Shown here piece after piece: positions 1 to 5,613 of a DNA stretch of 10,116 bases; position 1 is the stretch's first letter, and every line of letters begins with the position of its first letter. The position numbers and the translations under genes were made by a program. The notes beneath the pieces are model-generated. The model was given only the letters and a program-made list of their open reading frames with translations, did not search any database and was not told the origin of the DNA. Location of the stretch: the NCBI RefSeq assembly GCF_003334305.1, contig NZ_QOWS01000043.1. The stretch is one strand, 5' to 3'. This DNA is from Escherichia coli. GTDB lineage: Bacteria > Pseudomonadota > Gammaproteobacteria > Enterobacterales > Enterobacteriaceae.

Positions 1-76
1 GAGCGGTAGTTCAGTCGGTTAGAATACCTGCCTGTCACGCAGGGGGTCGCGGGTTCGAGTCCCGTCCGTTCCGCCA
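1..76 (+). tRNA. aspT: tRNA-Asp (anticodon GTC), truncated by 1 nt at the window edge (5' G missing)
   Basis: Sequence gagcggtagttcagtcggttagaatacctgcctgtcacgcagggggtcgcgggttcgagtcccgtccgttccgcca matches the E. coli tRNA-Asp sequence as I recall it, minus the first G. GTC anticodon at about 34-36 in the loop ctgtcac, T-arm ggttcgagtcc, encoded 3' CCA. The gene name is assigned by context (followed by tRNA-Trp and hdfR, as at the distal end of rrnC). Confidence 0.9.
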
Positions 77-84
77 CCCTAATT

Positions 85-160
85 AGGGGCGTAGTTCAAT
101 TGGTAGAGCACCGGTCTCCAAAACCGGGTGTTGGGAGTTCGAGTCTCTCCGCCCCTGCCA
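85..160 (+). tRNA. trpT: tRNA-Trp (anticodon CCA)
   Basis: 76-nt sequence aggggcgtagttcaattggtagagcaccggtctccaaaaccgggtgttgggagttcgagtctctccgcccctgcca matches E. coli tRNA-Trp as recalled. Anticodon CCA at 118-120, T-arm gttcgagtc, encoded CCA end. An 8-nt spacer (77-84) separates it from tRNA-Asp. Confidence 0.9.
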
Positions 161-165
161 GAAAT

Positions 166-195
166 CATCCTTAGCGAAAGCTAAGGATTTTTTTT
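166..195 (+). terminator. Rho-independent terminator downstream of the tRNA pair (end of the rRNA/tRNA transcription unit)
   Basis: Perfect 9-bp inverted repeat atccttagc (166-174) / gctaaggat (179-187) with a 4-nt loop gaaa, followed directly by a run of 8 T (188-195). Confidence 0.8.
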
Positions 196-255
196 ATCTG
201 AAATAACCCTCTCCGAAGTAAATCCTTCTACCGGCATCCTTGCCAGCCATTCATA

Positions 256-1095
256 TTAATACACTTCATCCAGCACGTTAATTTTCAAAAGATCGCGAAT
301 CAACGTATTTTTATCGCTATTTTGCAGCCATATGGCATAAAGCGGCCGTGAAAGTGTTGTGCTATCGACAACGGTATGCAGGCCGCCTTTTTTACGCGCC
401 CAGCTGACGGGTAGCCAGGTGCAACCATTAAGCATCGCAATCTGTTGCTGTGCCAGTTCAGCAGAACTGGTTGTCAGAATGGGCACTTCGTCAGCACCGA
501 TCAAACCTGCCTCATGCTGTTGAAAATCTGGCCCCCACTCAAGTCGCAGATAATTAAGATCTCCCTTTAGTTTTGAAGGGGCACTGGTATAAAGCGCTAA
601 AGTGAAATATCCCAGCAACTGACTACTAAATTCGTCCATTTTGGGCGCTTCAGTGGTAATAAGAAGATCAAGCTGGCGTTCATGCAGCTGTTTTACCAGA
701 GACTGCCGTTGGGCAATTCGCGCTTCGAACTGTAAGCCTGTATGGGCATCCTGATTTTGATACAAACGTCCCAGCCACTGATTAAGCATACATTCCCACA
801 ATGAGGCGCTGGCACCGATAGAAAACTCGTTATGTCGTGAGGTATGCGCCACCTCCTTGCGGGCGGCCTGCCAGGTGCTCATGAGCGTTTCTGCATAAGG
901 CAGTAGTTTTTCACCGGCAGCGGTTAAACGGATATTGTTTCTGTGGCGGGTGAAAAGGTTCACACCCAGTTGATTTTCCAGTTGTCTGATTCGAAAGCTC
1001 ACTGCTGACTGGGTCAGATAGAGCGATTCAGCCGCTCGACCAAAGTGACGCGTTCGGCTAACTTCCAGGAAAGTTTTTAACAATTCCGTATCCAC
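256..1095 (-). CDS. hdfR: LysR-family transcriptional regulator HdfR (279 aa), GTG start
   Basis: 279-aa ORF with an N-terminal LysR-type helix-turn-helix ([16 protein letters not shown]) and a C-terminal substrate-binding-like domain. The sequence matches HdfR/YifA as recalled. The first codon is GTG (plus-strand cac at 1093-1095), preceded on the coding strand by GGAGAG, an appropriately spaced Shine-Dalgarno. Position between the tRNAs and maoP/comM matches known synteny. Confidence 0.85.
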   Translation of the reverse strand: MDTELLKTFLEVSRTRHFGRAAESLYLTQSAVSFRIRQLENQLGVNLFTRHRNNIRLTAAGEKLLPYAETLMSTWQAARKEVAHTSRHNEFSIGASASLWECMLNQWLGRLYQNQDAHTGLQFEARIAQRQSLVKQLHERQLDLLITTEAPKMDEFSSQLLGYFTLALYTSAPSKLKGDLNYLRLEWGPDFQQHEAGLIGADEVPILTTSSAELAQQQIAMLNGCTWLPVSWARKKGGLHTVVDSTTLSRPLYAIWLQNSDKNTLIRDLLKINVLDEVY

Positions 1096-1162
1096 AGTGC
1101 TCTCCGCAAAATTATTTGTCGTTATGATTTAAATGTTTTGTTTTACACTCTGTCAAGCGTAA

Positions 1163-1179
1163 CTAATACTCCGCGCCAT
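1163..1179. promoter_or_regulatory. Candidate maoS site (17-bp cis element of the MaoP/maoS Ori macrodomain system) within the hdfR-maoP divergent promoter region
   Basis: Exact string ctaatactccgcgccat in the hdfR-maoP intergenic region. I recall this 17-mer as the published maoS sequence and this as its reported location. The identity is from memory and needs checking against the literature. Confidence 0.55.
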
Positions 1180-1213
1180 AACTAGCTCGGTCAAAGAATT
1201 AGGAGCGTGCAGG

Positions 1214-1552
1214 ATGGCGGAAAGCTTTACGACGACTAATCGATATTTCGACAATAAACATTATCCACGTGGATTCTCTCGTCATGGTGATTTCACCATC
1301 AAAGAGGCACAACTGCTTGAGCGTCATGGTTATGCCTTCAATGAGTTGGATCTTGGCAAACGCGAGCCGGTTACCGAGGAAGAGAAACTCTTCGTAGCAG
1401 TATGCCGTGGCGAACGTGAGCCAGTGACAGAAGCAGAACGCGTGTGGTCCAAGTATATGACGCGTATTAAGCGTCCAAAACGTTTTCACACCCTTTCCGG
1501 CGGTAAACCGCAGGTTGAAGGTGCTGAAGACTACACCGATTCTGATGATTAA
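1214..1552 (+). CDS. maoP: MaoP / YifE (DUF413 family, macrodomain Ori protein), 112 aa
   Basis: 112-aa ORF with ATG start at 1214 and an AGGAG Shine-Dalgarno at 1201-1205 (8-nt spacer). Sequence [42 protein letters not shown] matches YifE as recalled. Divergent from hdfR, convergent with comM. Confidence 0.85.
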   Translation: MAESFTTTNRYFDNKHYPRGFSRHGDFTIKEAQLLERHGYAFNELDLGKREPVTEEEKLFVAVCRGEREPVTEAERVWSKYMTRIKRPKRFHTLSGGKPQVEGAEDYTDSDD

Positions 1553-1553
1553 T

Positions 1554-1576
1554 AAAAAGGGCGAAATGCCCTTTTT
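1554..1576. terminator. Bidirectional intrinsic terminator shared by convergent maoP (+) and comM (-)
   Basis: Stem aaaaagggc (1554-1562) / gcccttttt (1568-1576) with loop gaaat. The GC-rich core gggc/gccc is flanked by an A-run on the 5' side and a T-run on the 3' side, so either strand reads as hairpin plus U-tract. maoP stop is at 1550-1552 and comM stop at 1577-1579, directly abutting. Confidence 0.75.
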
Positions 1577-3097
1577 TTATGTCAGTAGTTTTTGCAGATG
1601 GATGAGCAAACGGTCAATCGCACGATAGCTAACTGCCTCCTGCAAATGCTGACGTGTGATAATGTCAGACTGATCAATATCAGCAATGGTTCGTGCAACT
1701 TTCAATAACCGCTGCCAGGCACGAATCGATAACCCCAGATGGATCAGTGTTCCTTCCAACCACATCGCATCTTCGCTCTCAAGTTTGCAGAATTGGCGTA
1801 TTTCCGGACTATCCAGCCAGGCATTCAGTTTATTCTGCCGCTTAAATTGGCGCTCTCTGGCGGCCATTACGCGTTGTTTAACGGTGGCGCTGCTTTCTCC
1901 CGGCACTACCGTTTTACTCAAAATGCCGGGGGGTGGTAATGGGATCTCCAGTGAGAGATCGAAGCGGTCGAGAAAGGGCCCCGAGAGCCGGTTGAGATAA
2001 CGTAATGTCTGTTCTGGCGTGCAGCGGTTATGGTTTCCCTGATAATGTCCGGTAGGGCTGGGATTCATCGCCGCAACAAGCTGGAAACGGGCTGGATAGG
2101 TTATTTTGGCTCGTGTGCGTGAAAGATGGATCTGCCCGGATTCAATCGGCTCTCGCAAGGCATCCAGTGTACGCCGTTCAAATTCAGGTAGCTCATCAAG
2201 AAAAAGCACGCCGTTATGCGCCAACGAAATTTCACCTGGCCCTGGAATTGCACCACCGCCCACCATCGCAGTTAACGACGCACTGTGATGCGGTGAGCGG
2301 AACGGGCGCTGCCGCCATTGTTTTTGTACTGATTCAGCATTTACCAGACTTAATATCGCAGCGCTCTCCAGTGCCTCTTCATTGCTTAAATCTGGCAACA
2401 GGCCATTAATACGGCTGGCGAGCATTGTTTTACCTGTTCCCGGCGGCCCAATCAGTAAAAGGTTGTGCCCGCCAGCGGCGGTAATTTCCAGTCCTCGCTT
2501 TCCTTGCTCCTGACCGACAACATCACTGAGATCATGTTGTAGCGCCCGGGATACTGCATCAGTTGGTTTCGGGCGTTCGAGAGCGTGCTTACCTTCCAGA
2601 AACGCACAGACAGCCTGCAGATGATCGGCTATCAGGCATCCTTCACCGTTAATTAGCCCCACTTCATCTTCGTTATCTTTCGCGACGATAATTTTTCTGC
2701 CCGACTTAATAGCTTCAGTTGCACTGGAGATTGCGCCGGGAACGCCACGCAGAGCGCCTGTAAGCGCCAGTTCTCCGACTAATTCATATTCATCTAACTT
2801 ATTGGCTGTAAGCTGTTCTGAGGCCGCCAGCAACGCAATGGCGATAGGTAAATCATATCGTCCCCCTTCTTTTGGCAGATCGGCTGGAGCCAGGTTGATG
2901 GTGATTTTTTTCGCCGGATATTCATATCCGCTATTGATAATGGCGCTGCGCACGCGATCGCGAGCTTCTTTTACAGTTGTTTCTGGTAAGCCCACCATCG
3001 TTAAGCCGGGTAGACCTTTACTGATATGTACCTCAACAGTGATTGGGGGCGCATTTACTCCCAGGGCTGCGCGGGTATGAACAATTGACAGTGACAT
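1577..3097 (-). CDS. comM: ComM / YifB, Mg-chelatase-like AAA+ ATPase (competence protein ComM homolog), 506 aa from the downstream ATG
   Basis: Long minus-strand ORF with Walker A (LLLIGPPGTGKTM) and Walker B (VLFLDELPEF) motifs and an N-terminal Lon-protease-like region. The six-frame track starts at the ATG at 3127 (516 aa), but the in-frame ATG at 3095-3097 is preceded on the coding strand by AAGGAGGG with about a 4-nt spacer, a near-consensus Shine-Dalgarno. It gives the 506-aa product beginning MSLSIVHTRA, which matches my recollection of YifB. Confidence 0.85.
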   Translation of the reverse strand: MSLSIVHTRAALGVNAPPITVEVHISKGLPGLTMVGLPETTVKEARDRVRSAIINSGYEYPAKKITINLAPADLPKEGGRYDLPIAIALLAASEQLTANKLDEYELVGELALTGALRGVPGAISSATEAIKSGRKIIVAKDNEDEVGLINGEGCLIADHLQAVCAFLEGKHALERPKPTDAVSRALQHDLSDVVGQEQGKRGLEITAAGGHNLLLIGPPGTGKTMLASRINGLLPDLSNEEALESAAILSLVNAESVQKQWRQRPFRSPHHSASLTAMVGGGAIPGPGEISLAHNGVLFLDELPEFERRTLDALREPIESGQIHLSRTRAKITYPARFQLVAAMNPSPTGHYQGNHNRCTPEQTLRYLNRLSGPFLDRFDLSLEIPLPPPGILSKTVVPGESSATVKQRVMAARERQFKRQNKLNAWLDSPEIRQFCKLESEDAMWLEGTLIHLGLSIRAWQRLLKVARTIADIDQSDIITRQHLQEAVSYRAIDRLLIHLQKLLT

Positions 3098-3304
3098 AAG
3101 CCCTCCTTGAGTCACTATTATGTGCATAAGATATCGCTGCTGTAGCCCGCTAATTCGTGAATTTTAGTGGCTGATTCCTGTTTATTTGTGCAAGTGAAGT
3201 TGAGTTGTTCTGGCGGTGGAATGATGCTCGCAAAAATGCAGCGGACAAAGGATGAACTACGAGGAAGGGAACAACATTCATACTGAAATTGAATTTTTTT
3301 CACT

Positions 3305-3380
3305 CACTATTTTCTTTTTAAAAAACAACAATTTCTATTGAAATTATTAAACGCATCATAAAAATCGGCCAAAAAATATC
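3305..3380 (+). promoter_or_regulatory. AT-rich upstream activating region of the ilv operon promoter (UP-element / IHF-binding region expected here)
   Basis: About 80% A+T stretch with several A5-6 tracts (3320-3325, 3360-3364, 3371-3376) immediately upstream of the candidate core promoter. Published work on ilvGMEDA describes an upstream AT-rich activating region with an IHF site and a non-productive upstream promoter. Exact site boundaries cannot be fixed from sequence alone. Confidence 0.4.
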
Positions 3381-3421
3381 TTGTGCTATTCGCAAAATCT
3401 ATGGTAACTCTTTAGGCATTC
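3381..3421 (+). promoter_or_regulatory. Candidate core promoter and transcription start region for ilvLXGMEDA
   Basis: Candidate -35 TTGTGC (3381-3386) and candidate -10 hexamers in 3400-3410 (tatggt / taactc). A start near 3420 would give a leader of about 180 nt ending at the attenuator T-run (3596-3603), consistent with the recalled leader length. The hexamer assignment is uncertain. Confidence 0.35.
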
Positions 3422-3449
3422 CTTCGAACAAGATGCAAGAAAAGACAAA

Positions 3450-3548
3450 ATGACAGCCCTTCTACGAGTGATTAGCCTGGTCGTGATTAGCGTGGTGGTG
3501 ATTATTATCCCACCGTGCGGGGCTGCACTTGGACGAGGAAAGGCTTAG
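3450..3548 (+). CDS. ilvL: ilv operon leader peptide (32 aa): MTALLRVISLVVISVVVIIIPPCGAALGRGKA
   Basis: ATG at 3450 through TAG at 3546-3548. 15 of 32 codons encode Leu (4), Val (6) or Ile (5), the hallmark of the branched-chain amino acid attenuation leader. An intrinsic terminator lies immediately downstream. Confidence 0.9.
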   Translation: MTALLRVISLVVISVVVIIIPPCGAALGRGKA

Positions 3549-3569
3549 AGATCAAGCCTTAACGAACTA

Positions 3570-3603
3570 AGACCCCCGCACCGAAAGGTCCGGGGGTTTT
3601 TTT
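3570..3603 (+). terminator. ilv attenuator (Rho-independent terminator of the leader transcript)
   Basis: GC-rich stem acccccg (3571-3577) / cgggggt (3590-3596) followed by 8 consecutive T (3596-3603), 22 nt after the ilvL stop codon. Confidence 0.85.
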
Positions 3604-3634
3604 TGACCTTAAAAACATAACCGAGGAGCAGACA

Positions 3635-3685
3635 ATGAATAACAGCACAAAATTCTGTTTCTCAAGATTCAGGACGGGGAACTAA
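3635..3685 (+). CDS. ilvX: Small ORF ilvX (16 aa: [16 protein letters not shown]) between the attenuator and ilvG
   Basis: ATG at 3635-3637 preceded by GAGGAG (3624-3629), stop TAA at 3683-3685, two nt before the ilvG ATG. It matches the position and sequence of the described E. coli small protein IlvX as I recall it. Translation cannot be judged from sequence alone. Confidence 0.55.
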   Translation: MNNSTKFCFSRFRTGN

Positions 3686-3687
3686 CT

Positions 3688-5334
3688 ATGAATGGCGCAC
3701 AGTGGGTGGTACATGCGTTGCGGGCACAGGGTGTGAACACCGTTTTCGGTTATCCGGGTGGCGCAATTATGCCGGTTTACGATGCATTGTATGACGGCGG
3801 CGTGGAGCACTTGCTGTGCCGACATGAGCAGGGTGCGGCAATGGCGGCTATCGGTTATGCCCGTGCTACCGGCAAAACTGGCGTATGTATCGCCACGTCT
3901 GGTCCGGGCGCAACCAACCTGATAACCGGGCTTGCGGACGCACTGTTAGATTCTATCCCTGTTGTTGCCATCACCGGTCAAGTGTCCGCACCGTTTATCG
4001 GCACGGACGCATTTCAGGAAGTGGATGTCCTGGGATTGTCGTTAGCCTGTACCAAGCACAGCTTTCTGGTGCAGTCGCTGGAAGAGTTGCCGCGCATTAT
4101 GGCTGAAGCATTCGACGTTGCCAGCTCAGGTCGTCCTGGTCCGGTTCTGGTCGATATCCCAAAAGATATCCAGCTAGCCAGCGGTGACCTGGAACCGTGG
4201 TTCACCACCGTTGAAAACGAAGTGACTTTCCCACATGCCGAAGTTGAGCAAGCGCGCCAGATGCTGGCAAAAGCGCAAAAACCGATGCTGTACGTTGGTG
4301 GTGGCGTGGGTATGGCGCAGGCAGTTCCTGCTTTACGAGAATTTCTCGCTACCACAAAAATGCCTGCCACCTGCACGCTGAAAGGGCTGGGCGCAGTTGA
4401 AGCAGATTATCCGTACTATCTGGGCATGCTGGGAATGCATGGCACCAAAGCGGCGAACTTCGCGGTGCAGGAGTGCGACTTGCTGATCGCCGTGGGTGCA
4501 CGTTTTGATGACCGGGTGACCGGCAAACTGAACACCTTCGCACCACACGCCAGTGTTATCCATATGGATATCGACCCGGCAGAAATGAACAAGCTGCGTC
4601 AGGCACATGTGGCATTACAAGGTGATTTAAATGCTCTGTTACCAGCATTACAGCAGCCGTTAAATATCAATGACTGGCAGCTACACTGCGCGCAGCTGCG
4701 TGATGAACATGCCTGGCGTTACGACCATCCCGGTGACGCTATCTACGCGCCATTGTTGTTAAAACAACTGTCGGATCGTAAACCTGCGGATTGCGTCGTG
4801 ACCACAGATGTGGGGCAGCACCAGATGTGGGCCGCGCAGCACATCGCACACACTCGCCCGGAAAATTTCATTACCTCCAGCGGCTTAGGCACCATGGGTT
4901 TCGGTTTACCAGCGGCGGTTGGCGCACAAGTCGCACGACCGAACGATACTGTCGTCTGTATCTCCGGTGACGGCTCTTTCATGATGAATGTGCAAGAGCT
5001 GGGCACCGTAAAACGCAAGCAGTTACCGTTGAAAATCGTCTTACTCGATAACCAACGGTTAGGGATGGTTCGACAATGGCAGCAACTGTTTTTTCAGGAA
5101 CGATACAGCGAAACCACCCTTACTGATAACCCCGATTTCCTCATGTTAGCCAGCGCCTTCGGCATCCCTGGCCAACACATCACCCGTAAAGACCAGGTTG
5201 AAGCGGCACTCGACACCATGCTGAACAGTGATGGGCCATACCTGCTTCATGTCTCAATCGACGAACTTGAGAACGTCTGGCCGCTGGTGCCGCCTGGCGC
5301 CAGTAATTCAGAAATGTTGGAGAAATTATCATGA
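3688..5334 (+). CDS. ilvG: Acetolactate synthase II (AHAS II) large catalytic subunit, intact 548 aa
   Basis: Uninterrupted 548-aa ORF starting [25 protein letters not shown] with a thiamine-diphosphate binding motif ([14 protein letters not shown]...LDN). GGGGA Shine-Dalgarno-like sequence 8 nt upstream. Followed by ilvM with a 4-nt overlap. Confidence 0.95.
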   Translation: MNGAQWVVHALRAQGVNTVFGYPGGAIMPVYDALYDGGVEHLLCRHEQGAAMAAIGYARATGKTGVCIATSGPGATNLITGLADALLDSIPVVAITGQVSAPFIGTDAFQEVDVLGLSLACTKHSFLVQSLEELPRIMAEAFDVASSGRPGPVLVDIPKDIQLASGDLEPWFTTVENEVTFPHAEVEQARQMLAKAQKPMLYVGGGVGMAQAVPALREFLATTKMPATCTLKGLGAVEADYPYYLGMLGMHGTKAANFAVQECDLLIAVGARFDDRVTGKLNTFAPHASVIHMDIDPAEMNKLRQAHVALQGDLNALLPALQQPLNINDWQLHCAQLRDEHAWRYDHPGDAIYAPLLLKQLSDRKPADCVVTTDVGQHQMWAAQHIAHTRPENFITSSGLGTMGFGLPAAVGAQVARPNDTVVCISGDGSFMMNVQELGTVKRKQLPLKIVLLDNQRLGMVRQWQQLFFQERYSETTLTDNPDFLMLASAFGIPGQHITRKDQVEAALDTMLNSDGPYLLHVSIDELENVWPLVPPGASNSEMLEKLS

Positions 5335-5594
5335 TGCAACATCAGGTCAATGTATCGGCTCGCTTCAATCCGGAAACCTTAGAACGTGTTTTACGCGTGG
5401 TGCGTCATCGTGGTTTCCACGTCTGCTCAATGAATATGGCTGCCGCCAGCGATGCACAAAATATAAATATCGAATTGACCGTTGCCAGCCCACGGTCGGT
5501 CGACTTACTGTTTAGTCAGTTAAATAAACTGGTGGACGTCGCACACGTTGCCATCTGCCAGAGCACAACCACATCACAACAAATCCGCGCCTGA
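5331..5594 (+). CDS. ilvM: Acetolactate synthase II small (regulatory) subunit, 87 aa
   Basis: 87-aa ORF starting [12 protein letters not shown]. Its ATG (5331-5333) overlaps the ilvG last codon and stop (tcATGA), typical of translational coupling. Size and position match IlvM. Confidence 0.9.
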   Translation: MMQHQVNVSARFNPETLERVLRVVRHRGFHVCSMNMAAASDAQNINIELTVASPRSVDLLFSQLNKLVDVAHVAICQSTTTSQQIRA

Positions 5595-5613
5595 GCGCAA
5601 AAGGAATATAAAA

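Noticed and set aside
1-160. Initial guess that the tRNAs were the argX-hisR-leuT-proM cluster
   Set aside because: The anticodons read GTC (Asp) and CCA (Trp), and the sequences match tRNA-Asp and tRNA-Trp, so this is the aspT-trpT pair.
1199-1489. 96-aa minus-strand ORF antisense to maoP
   Set aside because: It is fully contained within maoP on the opposite strand, and maoP has the Shine-Dalgarno and recognisable homology. Antisense ORFs of this size arise by chance.
1686-3080. Several plus-strand ORFs of 60-104 aa inside comM (1686-2000, 1739-1939, 2106-2288, 2113-2409, 2802-3080)
   Set aside because: They are antisense to a gene whose product has clear AAA+ ATPase motifs, and none has start-site signals. 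Treated as six-frame noise.
3118-3303. 61-aa minus-strand ORF upstream of comM
   Set aside because: It overlaps the comM 5' end and promoter region, is Cys/Ser-rich and low-complexity, and has no convincing ribosome-binding site. It is most likely a chance ORF in the divergent promoter region.
3400-3405. TATGGT as the ilv promoter -10 paired with TTGTGC as -35
   Set aside because: The spacer would be only 13 bp, which is incompatible with a sigma70 promoter. An alternative -10 a few bp downstream (18-bp spacer) is possible but weak, so the promoter is annotated only as an approximate region.
3433-3453. 6-codon mini-ORF (ATG CAA GAA AAG ACA AAA TGA) whose stop overlaps the ilvL ATG
   Set aside because: It lies at or just downstream of the probable transcription start, has no Shine-Dalgarno, and may not even be fully transcribed. 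Likely coincidental, though it could be re-examined if the start site maps further upstream.
3885-5515. Short ORFs overlapping ilvG/ilvM on either strand (3885-4106 +, 4014-4376 -, 4333-4608 -, 4349-4546 -, 4743-5018 -, 5228-5515 +)
   Set aside because: All are embedded in ilvG/ilvM, out of frame or antisense, with Arg/Cys/Ser-rich compositions typical of spurious frames in GC-rich coding DNA.
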